DNA from: Candidatus Omnitrophota bacterium
GTDB taxonomy: Bacteria > Omnitrophota > Gorgyraeia > S143-82
Reading direction: 5' to 3'
Assembly (NCBI GenBank): GCA_015494465.1
Contig: WGBD01000002.1
Coordinates: 3,683 to 67,682, forward strand
DNA length: 64,000 nucleotides
Position 1 is the first letter of the stretch. Each line of letters begins with the position of its first letter. The notes below the pieces were generated by a model that searched no databases, was not told the origin of the DNA, and worked only from the letters and a program-made list of their open reading frames with translations. Below, piece after piece: positions 31,264 to 40,723 of the stretch. The position numbers were made by a program, and so were the translations under genes.

Positions 31264-31336
31264 GCCGGGATAGCTCAGGTGGTAGAGCGCAGGCCTGAAA
31301 AGCCTGGCGTCCCCAGTTCGACTCTGGGTCCCGGCA
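31264..31336 (+). tRNA. tRNA-Phe (anticodon GAA)
   Basis: GCCGGGA-TA-GCTC AGGTGGT AGAGC-G-CAGGC CTGAAAA GCCTG-GCGTC-CCCAG TTCGACT CTGGG-TCCCGGC-A, followed by a TTTTTT tract. Confidence 0.9.
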
Positions 31337-32423
31337 CTTTTTCATTTAGGACTGCTTCCATCCACTCCCTTGCTTGGCGTATCTTTTCTCGCCATTTAGA
31401 AGTTTCAGCGAAGTGCTGATACATGGATCTTTGGATCTCCACCCTTTTATAAGGATCCTTAAACTCCGAAATGAAATCGCGCAAGTCATCCCAGTTAGAC
31501 AGGGTGCCACTGATAGAATTGTCCCAGCCACCCCAGGAAGGCAACAGAGGAATACTGCCTAATCTGAGACCCAACCACGAGAATCTATCCAATACGCCCC
31601 CTAAAAACGAGTTCTGGTCTCCCACAACCAAAACAAATTCTTTAGCCAGATTCAAGAAATCAACAAACGAACTAATAGCGAATCGCGAGACCACTTCCAA
31701 TCCAACCTTCTCCAAATGTCTTACTGCATCTTCGTACCATTCAATTTGTCTTTGGGCATGTATCTCCTCCATTACTATAAGAGATAACAAGTTCCGTCTC
31801 AAATACTCTGGAAGGAGATTCAATGCTTCCACAAAAGACCCCTGGAAGGATATCAAGTTTTTTTTGAACTCTTCTATCTCTTGGGAGATAAAGCAATAAT
31901 CGTAATCCAAGTCTTTTTTGTACCGATCGATATTCTTAACCAAAACGCTGGAACGCACCTTTAATTTCTCAGGTCTTATGGCTAATTCTGGAAAGGTATA
32001 TCCGACATCAATACACGGCTTGTGCATAAAAACTCTCATCAAATCCACATATCCTTCCTCACAAATCATCGCACCCTTAAAATTAGGGAAAAAGCGAATA
32101 GGAGAAATAAGGGCGTGTATGATGTGGAAATAATCTCCGGTAAAGATTGAAAAATACGGCACCTTCAATTCTTCCATTATCGGCTTATGGAGGATCTTGT
32201 GTTCTATAGTAAATCCCATAAAGTAGAGATCAAACCCGAGTATTGCGTCTGGTTTTTGGTCTAGGATTATTTCTCTGATTCGTTGAGTCTTGCCTTGCAG
32301 ATCACCAAATCCTTCCGAGAAACCCACGACTTGGGTATATTCAACCTCCTTTAAAGCGTTCAACCAGTCCAGATAAAGCATGTATACTTCTAAATTTGGG
32401 GGAGGAAAGAACAATATCTTCAA
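31275..32423 (-). CDS. hypothetical protein, possibly GT-B-like/CgeB-like glycosyltransferase, low GC
   Basis: 382 aa. TTG start with AAGGAGG SD immediately after the maf stop. The C-terminal ~20 codons are antisense to tRNA-Phe. No firm motif. Confidence 0.4.
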   Translation of the reverse strand: MKILFFPPPNLEVYMLYLDWLNALKEVEYTQVVGFSEGFGDLQGKTQRIREIILDQKPDAILGFDLYFMGFTIEHKILHKPIMEELKVPYFSIFTGDYFHIIHALISPIRFFPNFKGAMICEEGYVDLMRVFMHKPCIDVGYTFPELAIRPEKLKVRSSVLVKNIDRYKKDLDYDYCFISQEIEEFKKNLISFQGSFVEALNLLPEYLRRNLLSLIVMEEIHAQRQIEWYEDAVRHLEKVGLEVVSRFAISSFVDFLNLAKEFVLVVGDQNSFLGGVLDRFSWLGLRLGSIPLLPSWGGWDNSISGTLSNWDDLRDFISEFKDPYKRVEIQRSMYQHFAETSKWREKIRQAREWMEAVLNEKVPGPRVELGTPGFSGLRSTT

Positions 32424-34351
32424 AGCAGGCCCTCCTTCTCGTAGTAAGTAGTAAGCCTATCCAACAGATCTTTCACATCTTCCCCTGCCTTTATCAAGGC
32501 CTCCAATACCGCTAATATGGTCTCCAGTCTCTCCATATCCCCTACATTTGGCTTAAGCATGAAAAATTTCTTCACCATAACCATCACTGCGCCAGAAAAA
32601 TTCTGCATCAACCGCATCGCCAGGGAAAGGGAGTCGTCAAATATCTTATCTATCCAGGTATTTATTTCTAACATCTCCTCCCGGGAAAGGACGGAATCCT
32701 TTCCTTTCCTTTTGTGCAAAGAATCCAACACGGCAAACGATTCTCTACAGAGTTCCGTCAGTTTTAGTACCTGATCTTGCAGTTCCGACCAACGCCTACG
32801 AAATTCACTTTTTCTAAACCTTACATTTCTTGCTCTGGCAATTCTATGCAAATCCTTCTTAACGCGTCTTATCTCTTCTCTCTTTTCCCCAAGAATATTT
32901 AGCAATGCCTCCTTAGACACATATTCGGCACCATTTATTTTTGCGCCCTTGGTCTTGAAATCTATTATCCGCATGGGCATCACATCTATCATCCGCTCGA
33001 AGTCTCTGAGATAAGAAACGAATATATCCTCCGTTACGACTTCTCCCCCATCTACTGCCGGAACCTTTCTAGCCCAAAAATAAGAAAAAGTATCCCCCCT
33101 CCTCTTAACGAGGATCAATTGCCCTGTAGAATCTTTCACCAGCTGCAACTTTTGGTAATTAGAGGTGCCTTCTACATGTGAATTTTCGAGATCAGGATAG
33201 GAAAGATCCAACCCCAAAAACACAATCGGATTACCCCCTGCGAATACCGAGAACAAAAATGCAGTATGGGCAGTGGTTATGCCTTTGAACAACTTATACT
33301 TGAGGAAAAAGAGGTCTTCAAACAAGTGGCTATAAGCAAAAACAGTCAACGGACCTTTCCACATAGGGAGAATATCCTTATGCACATCGACCGCTGCAAC
33401 GAGTACGGTCTCTTTTAATCTATTCATATCCATCGATTCATAGTGTCGTTTATTTGCTTCAGAGAAGTCCAAACCCACTACTACATCCGGGCATATACCG
33501 GCTTTTTGGATAACAGGGACAGCGGTATCAACTGCGACAAGGATCGCCTTATCCTGATGCTCCCTCAAAAACTCGAGGTTATCTTTAAGAGAAGGCCCTG
33601 GAGCTATACAGAACACAGGCAATCCTCTAAACTGGTCGTACCACACCTCCATGCCCGGAGAATCCAGGAGAAAGGGGAAGTTGTACAACGAATTCTCTAT
33701 TTGCTGGCCAATGATAGAGACATTCGTGACTACGCATACTCGAGCATTTATGAAGCTATCCCTCACCAACGCACGGTATCGCTCTACCTCCTCCCCAAAC
33801 TGCGCGGCAATAGGAGGATAAACCACGATAAGCGGGCGGGACAATACCTTATCCACGAAAAACTTATCGTTTAGCCGATTCAAAAACTCCACATGGGACA
33901 GGCCCACCAACAACTCTACACCGTTTTCAATCCACGGCTTTATATCCCTCAAATACAGCAGGACCTTGAATAGTTCCAAATCCAACTCTACCGCAAAGAC
34001 ATTGCCCGCTAACCTCTCCTTTAATTCGTCTATGTGGTATCCTGAGCCTATCCCTATTACGTACGCATCCAAGCGATCTTTTAGATCCAGCGAATCCACC
34101 CACTTCTTGGCAGACTCCCTGGGATTATAGAGGCTGTCCAACCTTATAAGGTCCTCCCCTCTCTTGATACATATGACCGGATCACCGCTTTTGGCGGAGA
34201 GGACCTGATACTTACCGGTAAAGGAGGTCTCCTCCAACCTTTTGGCAAGGTCCCAATACTTCCTAAGGGACCGCAGTAGGGCTAGGTTATTGCGATATAA
34301 TTCCTCTCCTAATTGGATATCAATCCCAACCAGCCCTGTTTCAGCGCCCAC
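32420..34351 (-). CDS. motility accessory factor (Maf / DUF115) flagellin glycosyltransferase family protein
   Basis: 643 aa. DUF115/MptE-like core (FCIAPGPSLKDNLEFLREH...ILVAVDTAVPVIQKAGICPDVVVGLD). GTG start, ~40% GC. Confidence 0.8.
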   Translation of the reverse strand: MGAETGLVGIDIQLGEELYRNNLALLRSLRKYWDLAKRLEETSFTGKYQVLSAKSGDPVICIKRGEDLIRLDSLYNPRESAKKWVDSLDLKDRLDAYVIGIGSGYHIDELKERLAGNVFAVELDLELFKVLLYLRDIKPWIENGVELLVGLSHVEFLNRLNDKFFVDKVLSRPLIVVYPPIAAQFGEEVERYRALVRDSFINARVCVVTNVSIIGQQIENSLYNFPFLLDSPGMEVWYDQFRGLPVFCIAPGPSLKDNLEFLREHQDKAILVAVDTAVPVIQKAGICPDVVVGLDFSEANKRHYESMDMNRLKETVLVAAVDVHKDILPMWKGPLTVFAYSHLFEDLFFLKYKLFKGITTAHTAFLFSVFAGGNPIVFLGLDLSYPDLENSHVEGTSNYQKLQLVKDSTGQLILVKRRGDTFSYFWARKVPAVDGGEVVTEDIFVSYLRDFERMIDVMPMRIIDFKTKGAKINGAEYVSKEALLNILGEKREEIRRVKKDLHRIARARNVRFRKSEFRRRWSELQDQVLKLTELCRESFAVLDSLHKRKGKDSVLSREEMLEINTWIDKIFDDSLSLAMRLMQNFSGAVMVMVKKFFMLKPNVGDMERLETILAVLEALIKAGEDVKDLLDRLTTYYEKEGLL

Positions 34352-35814
34352 ATCATCTCCCCTTTGGTAAGGCCAAACCGCTCAACCAGTTCGCTAATAG
34401 ATCCCTCAAAACCGCAAGCCAACACCCTCTTAATCTTATCCCCATCCATCACATCGCGCAACCAGGGATGGAGTCCCAATCCCTTGGGGAGCAGGTCCAA
34501 ATCCCTAACTCGCAGTCTATATTTTACCCTTGCGTCAATCCTGCGCGAAGGATAAATGCGATAAAAGATCTCCCCCAAAGACCCTTTCCATTCCACGCAA
34601 TCCCTGTCCACCGACATTTCTGGCCGATACCTGCGCAATTGCTCTTCCCAAAGGCCCTCCCACGCACCTACTATCTCATTCCAACTCGGTATCTCCCGCT
34701 GGATTCCATACCTACACCTGCCTTCCAAACAATCCTCCATAGCCTGCTCCAACTCTGCCAGATCAAGCGCGATGGTACTGGCCCAGAATAGGTGGAGTTT
34801 GGGCTCGTAGGAAATGGATTCGTAGACCGCCATCTCATCCTCTATCCCCTCGACGGTAAAGGTTGGGATGAGACGGACACCTTCGTGCCCTGCCACCACA
34901 TCCCTGAAGCCTCCCCAATCGCTCACTATCACGAACAGGCCCCAGGCCAAGGCCTCCAGCACCGCTATCCCAAAGGTCTCCTGAAAGTTGTCGCTTAGCC
35001 CCAGAAAGGCATCGCTTACCGCAAACAGGGCATACTTATCCCCCTCAGCAGGATCCGGCACGATCCTAACTACATCTGAGACACCCCAAGCCTTGGCGAG
35101 ATCCTGAAGAAACCGATGATAATCACTCTCTCCAGTTGCTCCCGCAATCAGTACCAAAAAGTCCCTGCGCCTGCGGTAAATCCGATAAACCACCTTAAAC
35201 AGGCCCATGAGATCCGCCTTGGAAAACTCGGATATCCTGCCGAAAGAGAGAAAGACCGTCTTATTCGCCAATCCCAGTTCCCTCCGCAAGGCCTGGCGTC
35301 TTCTCTTGTATTCACCGATGTGGGCATTGGAGAGCCACGGGGGACCAAGGGGTATCTTCACCAACTCCGGTCCCCTAATCCCTACTCTCTCCAAGACGGC
35401 CGACATAACCCTAAAGGCACTATCCGAAGAGCAGACCACCACATCTCCTCGCTGGACATAAGGCAGGGCGGAGACGAACGAACGAATGAGGTGGGGATAA
35501 CTTAAAGAATGGGTAAAGGCACACACAGGAAATCGCAATGCCAGACGATCCCTCAAACGCAAGACTCCAGCCCAGTCCAGATCGGGCTGATAGACTACCG
35601 CATCTCCAAAAGGCAACCCTGGAAGCGACTCCCGAGGCAGGATTTCAAACCTACCCCTTTTCATCCAGTCCGCTACAGAACCAGGGTAGGGGATTAACAG
35701 GGACCTCCGCCCCAGTTTCTTGGAATACCTACCCAATGCCCGAAAAAACCACTCGTTGGCAATAGACCTCCCTTGCAAAATAGGCGGAGAGTCCCAGAAG
35801 GATATCCAGTTCAT
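34309..35814 (-). CDS. glycosyltransferase family 4 (GT-B, Glycos_transf_1)
   Basis: 501 aa. ETFGIAVLEALAWGLFVIVSDWGGFRDVV is the E-x7-E GT4 signature. Confidence 0.8.
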   Translation of the reverse strand: MNWISFWDSPPILQGRSIANEWFFRALGRYSKKLGRRSLLIPYPGSVADWMKRGRFEILPRESLPGLPFGDAVVYQPDLDWAGVLRLRDRLALRFPVCAFTHSLSYPHLIRSFVSALPYVQRGDVVVCSSDSAFRVMSAVLERVGIRGPELVKIPLGPPWLSNAHIGEYKRRRQALRRELGLANKTVFLSFGRISEFSKADLMGLFKVVYRIYRRRRDFLVLIAGATGESDYHRFLQDLAKAWGVSDVVRIVPDPAEGDKYALFAVSDAFLGLSDNFQETFGIAVLEALAWGLFVIVSDWGGFRDVVAGHEGVRLIPTFTVEGIEDEMAVYESISYEPKLHLFWASTIALDLAELEQAMEDCLEGRCRYGIQREIPSWNEIVGAWEGLWEEQLRRYRPEMSVDRDCVEWKGSLGEIFYRIYPSRRIDARVKYRLRVRDLDLLPKGLGLHPWLRDVMDGDKIKRVLACGFEGSISELVERFGLTKGEMMWALKQGWLGLISN

Positions 35815-36224
35815 GCAATCTGCTCTTCCAGAGACCCCTGAACCGCGGGTTCGGATTCCTGCTTCAAGGCCTTGAGGCCCTCTTCCCAGGCAGAGACCAA
35901 GGGCTCGAGGAGAGAAATCACTTCTTCTAAGATGGCAGGATCCCTTCTCAGATTCGCTTCGATCGTCCGACGATAACAGAAGTTGTATAAGGCCCTGAAG
36001 TTATCTGCCAGTTCACCCGCCTCATCGTTCAAGCCCAAGGTCAACTCCGACAGCAATCTCCTTGCCCGGAATATCTTCTCCCCACAGGAGGGATAATCCC
36101 CACGCTTCATATCTTCTTTCGCCCCTTCCAAGTATCTTACGATTCCCCTATAAGCCAGAATCACCGCCTCCTGGGGCGTTGCGGTCTCCATCTTCACCTT
36201 CTTGTAGGCCTTCCATGGATTCAT
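35811..36224 (-). CDS. fliS: flagellin-specific chaperone FliS
   Basis: 137 aa. Four-helix FliS-like pattern (ILAYRGIVRYLEGAKEDM...) and position directly downstream of fliD. Confidence 0.7.
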   Translation of the reverse strand: MNPWKAYKKVKMETATPQEAVILAYRGIVRYLEGAKEDMKRGDYPSCGEKIFRARRLLSELTLGLNDEAGELADNFRALYNFCYRRTIEANLRRDPAILEEVISLLEPLVSAWEEGLKALKQESEPAVQGSLEEQIA

Positions 36225-36236
36225 AGGCTCCCCCCT

Positions 36237-39200
36237 TTATTTAGTAGCAGTTATCCCCTGCGCCTGCGATGCCAACCACGAACTCAGGGCATTCATCTGT
36301 CCCAGCAATTCCTCCATGCGGGTAAACTGTCTATACAAGAACTCTCGCCGTTTGTCCAACCGGGCCTGCAGGTTCTTTATCTGATAATCGTAGACATCGA
36401 CATTTTCCTCTATGTTGTTTATCTCCCCGGCGATCAAGCCCACTTCCGGATCGGTGAGATAGGCCAGGCGATTGTTTACTCTCAGCCCCACCCCTCGGGC
36501 CTCAGTGGCCTCCAGTTCCACGATCCGGGCATAGCCGTCTTCACCCTCCAGACCGTAGAGCCGAATCTTATCCGTATAATAAGGAAGGGTGAAGAAGTGC
36601 AGGATCTCCGACTTGGTATTACCGCTCACCACCCGATAGTCGTTCCACTTGTCGTTATACCAGTACTGAAGCCTGTATCCGGTGAGCCGTTTGCCCGTCT
36701 CCGAGAGGGTGTGCACCCTAATCTTGTACAGGGAAACCCTCCGGGCGAAGTCCACCTCAAACCAGGCCCCGGTCTCGCCGTTTATCCCATTCATCCAACC
36801 GTTGGAATCAGGGCCAAACTCATCCTCTGAGGTGTTCCCGTTGATGGCCCTGGAGGGAGAATATCCCGAGGCAGTAGAAGAGGCGGAGGCGACTCCTCCG
36901 TTATCCCCCAAGGCCATGTTGACCTCGTAATTGAATAGCCTTGCAACCGCCTCTGGATCCTCCTTGAGTTTGCTCACCAACTTGGACTCGTCCAGACTAA
37001 GGTGCCCCTCGGAATCAAAGGATATACCAACCGCAGATATGTGGTTCATGTCCGAAGGCAGGCCCTCCACTGCACTGGTAACCATGGAGTACAACTCGTT
37101 CTGGAGGTTCATCAGGGCGACATTTCCCAACAGTACCCCGGCCTCTTTGGTCTCCGGGTTATACGCCATCTGCTCGGCGATGTAGTCCACGATGTCGTTA
37201 TAGGTATCTATGAACTGGTTCACCGCACTGACTACATCCTCGGTGTTCTGCTCCACCTTCACCGTCACCGGGGTGTCGCTGGTGGATATCAGGTGCAGGG
37301 TAAGGCCCTGTATCGCATTCTCCACATCGTTGGAACTGCTCACGATGGACACGCCGTTTTCACCCCCAACCAGAACCAACGCATCCACTGGATCTATCGC
37401 AGTAGAAAAGGAGAGGTCGTTAAGGGTAGAATAGGCCACCAACTGCCCCCGGGTCCCGCTGAACTTGCTGGACAATACGAGCTTATAGGGGTTCACTCCC
37501 GAGCCGTCGTTCAATACGAAGGCGTTGAACCTGTCGCTTACATCCGCGGAGTTGATGGCATTGGCCACATCGGACAGGGTGTCGTTCTCCCCTATGGTGA
37601 TGGTCCAGGAGAAGGCACCGTCGTAACCGGTGTTAGCGATACCCTCGGTCTCCTCTATGCCCAAGGACTGAGAGACAGCGTTGTCGTCTACATATATCCT
37701 GCCTTCCTGACCGGTGGTGTCCTTTATTACCAAGCCCCGACCGTCCTCTGCGACCCTTGCGGACAGGCCAATCCCTGCGGAATTAATCTTGTCCACTATG
37801 TCCGCCAAAGAACGGTCCACGGTGGTTACGCTTATCGTAGCAGTACTTCCTGACCTGTCAGTGACGGTGAATGATCCGGTGGTGATTCCCGAAAAGTCGT
37901 TGAGACTCAAGAGGATCCTATCACCAAGCCTGCCAATCAAATCCCCACCGTTCAAGGTGGCAGAGGAGACGCTCTTCGCAAGGCCCAGGTCCTCAGCAGC
38001 ACTCGATCCGTTTATACTCTCAACAGACAGACTCCCGGTCCCTCCGGTATTGTCGGTGATAACGATGTACATGCCGTCGGAGGAAAGGGAGGCGGAGACT
38101 TTGCCCCCGTTGTCCGCATCGTTGTTTATCGCCGATATCACATCTCCGATAGTAGAGACGCCGTCCAGATTCACATCTATCAGCGAACCGTCTCTGGCAG
38201 TAATCCTCAGGTCGTCCAGCCCGGCAACGGTGCCTAAGCCCTTACCGTCCGCCACTACACTTACCGCAGTAGTAGAACTAACATACAGTATCTGGTCCCC
38301 GGTAAGGACCGTCCCCGAAGCAGATACATTCAACCCCAAGGAGTTTGCCGCACCGTCCCCTTCGTTAACGGTCAATGTGCCCGTGCCACCGGCGTTATCC
38401 GTCAGTTTCAACCGCAAGCCATCGGAATCAAACTCCGCCTGAACCTGCAGGGCGGTGTTGCCGTTTATCGTCTCCAGCACATCCTGTATCGTCCGGGCGC
38501 CGGATATGTCTATGGTGGCAGAATAACCCGCGGAGTTGGTGATAACGAACCACGACCCCGAGACCCCTGAAAATCCGTTCAGGGAATCCAGCATCCTGTC
38601 GTCCACATCGCTCAAGATGGGCTTGCCAGATATGGTGGAGGAATTTATCCCCGAGGCATTGAGGATACCGAGATCCTCAGCGGTCGTGGAATCCAGATCC
38701 TCCACCTTAAAGGCACCTCCCCCACCGGATGTGTCCACGAGGTCTATTGCGTTTCCCGTGACATCTATGGTGGCGGTAACCGATATATTCGTATTGCTGT
38801 TGATTGCGGACAAGACATCCTGAATCGTCGTGGCGCTGGTCAGATCTATCGTCGCGGAATTGCCCGCCCTATCGGTTATCCTTATGTGCCCACCCGCCAC
38901 GCCAAGGCCGTCGTTTAGACGAGAGAGCAATGTGGCGGTGGTGACGTAGGCAAGATCGTCCCCGTGTTTCTGCTGTTCCTCAGAGGTGGCACCGTATATG
39001 TTCAGGTCTTTGGCCATCCTACCGCCTGCCAGATCCTCTATTCTCAACGGGCTGGTCTCCTCACCGGTGAGGTCCACGACCACTATACCGTCTCCGGTGT
39101 CGTTCACCCGGGCCAATACGGAGACACCGCTCGCGGAGTTGATAGCGGATATGACATCGCCAATCGTCTTTATGTCGCTGGAGGTCAGGTCTATGCTCAC

Positions 39201-40706
39201 GCTATTGCCTGCCCTGTCGGTTATCTTGATGCGCCCCTTTTGTACCCCCGTCCCGCCGTTTAAGGAATCCAAGCGAGTGTATTCGGAGATGAACTGAAGG
39301 TGCACATCGCTTCCCTCTATAACCCCTGAGGAACTGCTTCCCAGGATCCCCAGATCGCTGGCAGTCGTACCACCCGCCTCGCTGACCACCAGCGGGCCAG
39401 TTCCTCCGGAGGTATCGGTTATCCTTATGCCGGTGCGTGCACTGTTAATCTCTGCCTGAACGGATATCCCCGAGGCAGAGTTTATCGCCGAGAGGACATC
39501 CGAAAGGGTCTCCGCAGAACTTATGTCTATGGTAGCAACCGCTCCCGAACGATCCTGTATCACGAACCTACCCAGATCCACGCCTCGACCACCGTTGAAA
39601 CGGGAGAGGAGGACATCGTTTAGCCCGGCTATAAGAGCCCTGCCAACGACTGAAGATGTGGCATAGGTGCCAGAAAGACCGAGATCCTCGGCGGTATAAC
39701 TGGAGTTCAGACTCTCTATAGTAAGATTACCGCTTCCCCCGGTGTTATCCGTAAGCTCCAGACGATTCCCGTCAGAGGAGATCTGGACCACCACCTTGCC
39801 CGCATTGCCCGAGGCATTGTTTATCGCGGAGATCACATCTCCCACCGTCTCCGCATTGCCTATGTCCACCTCTATCACCGATCCATCCCGGGCAGTAATC
39901 CGCAAGTCTGCCCCCGAGGAGTACCTGCGCACACCGGTATTCTCGTTCAACAGCTCCAGTGCGGTGGTCTCTACTATGTCGTTTACATCGCTTCCGACGA
40001 TCTGCGTCCCGGAGGTGCTCCCCAGTATCCCCAAGGACTGCGCAGTATTCCCACCCGAGACCTCCTCTACTACCAACAGACCGGAACCACCCGAGGTATC
40101 CGTCAGGACGAGCCTGTCCCCGTCCACACTGGCGGTCACCTGCACGGTGTTATTCCTGTTTATCGCCTCCACCACATCCTCTACGGTTATGGCCCTTGAC
40201 AAATCTATCGTGGCGGAGTGCCCCGCCTTATCGGTAATCTTTATACTCCCCCTGCTAAACCCTGATTGACCGTTCAGGAAGGCCAAGGGGGTCTCCTTAT
40301 CTACATATCCACCCAATTTTATAGTAAGGGTGCCGGAACCTACCGTAGAGGAACTGTCTGCAAATCCCGAACTCATCAACTGATGGGTGCTGGCGAGTTG
40401 TTTCACGACCAGCTGATAGTTTCCGACCTGGGCATTTGCGTTGGCGGTGGCGGTCAGGACCGATTCGTTGCTGGAGGAGACATCCTTTACCCTGTAGAGG
40501 GTCGGGCGGGCCAACGCGTAAGCCTGGAGCTTAAATGTGAGCAACTTCGTCTGTATAGTGCGCCAGGCCTCTTTCTTCTTGAGTTCCAGTTCCCGTTTGG
40601 CCTGAAGCAGTTTGAGCGGATAACTCTCTAACTCTATAAGCTGATCGACTATGTTCTGGGTGTCCAGACCCGAAACTATCCCCGAAATACTGCTAGTGCC
40701 CGGCAT
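36237..40706 (-). CDS. fliD: flagellar filament cap protein FliD (hook-associated protein 2), giant 1489-aa form
   Basis: N-terminal SGLDTQNIVDQLIELESYPL (FliD_N). C-terminal ...NLQARLDKRREFLYRQFTRMEELLGQMNALSSWL (FliD_C). The central part holds ~9 tandem ~95-aa repeats with (I/L)xITDxAGxSxTIDLSxAxTxxDVxxAINSASG...LxLTDxSGGxG (flagellin IN motif). A discoidin-like segment (YSPSRAINGNTSEDEFGPDSNGWMNGINGETGAWFEVDF...YARIVELEA) is inserted before the C-terminal helix. Confidence 0.85.
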   Translation of the reverse strand: MPGTSSISGIVSGLDTQNIVDQLIELESYPLKLLQAKRELELKKKEAWRTIQTKLLTFKLQAYALARPTLYRVKDVSSSNESVLTATANANAQVGNYQLVVKQLASTHQLMSSGFADSSSTVGSGTLTIKLGGYVDKETPLAFLNGQSGFSRGSIKITDKAGHSATIDLSRAITVEDVVEAINRNNTVQVTASVDGDRLVLTDTSGGSGLLVVEEVSGGNTAQSLGILGSTSGTQIVGSDVNDIVETTALELLNENTGVRRYSSGADLRITARDGSVIEVDIGNAETVGDVISAINNASGNAGKVVVQISSDGNRLELTDNTGGSGNLTIESLNSSYTAEDLGLSGTYATSSVVGRALIAGLNDVLLSRFNGGRGVDLGRFVIQDRSGAVATIDISSAETLSDVLSAINSASGISVQAEINSARTGIRITDTSGGTGPLVVSEAGGTTASDLGILGSSSSGVIEGSDVHLQFISEYTRLDSLNGGTGVQKGRIKITDRAGNSVSIDLTSSDIKTIGDVISAINSASGVSVLARVNDTGDGIVVVDLTGEETSPLRIEDLAGGRMAKDLNIYGATSEEQQKHGDDLAYVTTATLLSRLNDGLGVAGGHIRITDRAGNSATIDLTSATTIQDVLSAINSNTNISVTATIDVTGNAIDLVDTSGGGGAFKVEDLDSTTAEDLGILNASGINSSTISGKPILSDVDDRMLDSLNGFSGVSGSWFVITNSAGYSATIDISGARTIQDVLETINGNTALQVQAEFDSDGLRLKLTDNAGGTGTLTVNEGDGAANSLGLNVSASGTVLTGDQILYVSSTTAVSVVADGKGLGTVAGLDDLRITARDGSLIDVNLDGVSTIGDVISAINNDADNGGKVSASLSSDGMYIVITDNTGGTGSLSVESINGSSAAEDLGLAKSVSSATLNGGDLIGRLGDRILLSLNDFSGITTGSFTVTDRSGSTATISVTTVDRSLADIVDKINSAGIGLSARVAEDGRGLVIKDTTGQEGRIYVDDNAVSQSLGIEETEGIANTGYDGAFSWTITIGENDTLSDVANAINSADVSDRFNAFVLNDGSGVNPYKLVLSSKFSGTRGQLVAYSTLNDLSFSTAIDPVDALVLVGGENGVSIVSSSNDVENAIQGLTLHLISTSDTPVTVKVEQNTEDVVSAVNQFIDTYNDIVDYIAEQMAYNPETKEAGVLLGNVALMNLQNELYSMVTSAVEGLPSDMNHISAVGISFDSEGHLSLDESKLVSKLKEDPEAVARLFNYEVNMALGDNGGVASASSTASGYSPSRAINGNTSEDEFGPDSNGWMNGINGETGAWFEVDFARRVSLYKIRVHTLSETGKRLTGYRLQYWYNDKWNDYRVVSGNTKSEILHFFTLPYYTDKIRLYGLEGEDGYARIVELEATEARGVGLRVNNRLAYLTDPEVGLIAGEINNIEENVDVYDYQIKNLQARLDKRREFLYRQFTRMEELLGQMNALSSWLASQAQGITATK
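37680..40260 (-). repeat. about 9 tandem in-frame coding repeats (~285 nt each) inside fliD encoding flagellin-IN motif modules
   Basis: Recurrent AINRNN/AINNASG/AINSASG/AINSASG/AINSNTN/TINGNT/AINNDAD/KINSAG/AINSAD anchors with conserved ITDRAGNS.TIDL and LTDNTGGTG blocks. The approximate span is derived from amino-acid positions 150-1010. Confidence 0.6.
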
Positions 40707-40723
40707 AGCGCCCCTCTTTAGAT

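Noticed and set aside
37680-40260. Tandem ~285-nt repeats could be mistaken for a CRISPR or VNTR array.
   Set aside because: They are in-frame protein-coding repeats inside fliD (IN-motif modules). The units are far too long, and no repeat-spacer structure or cas genes are present.
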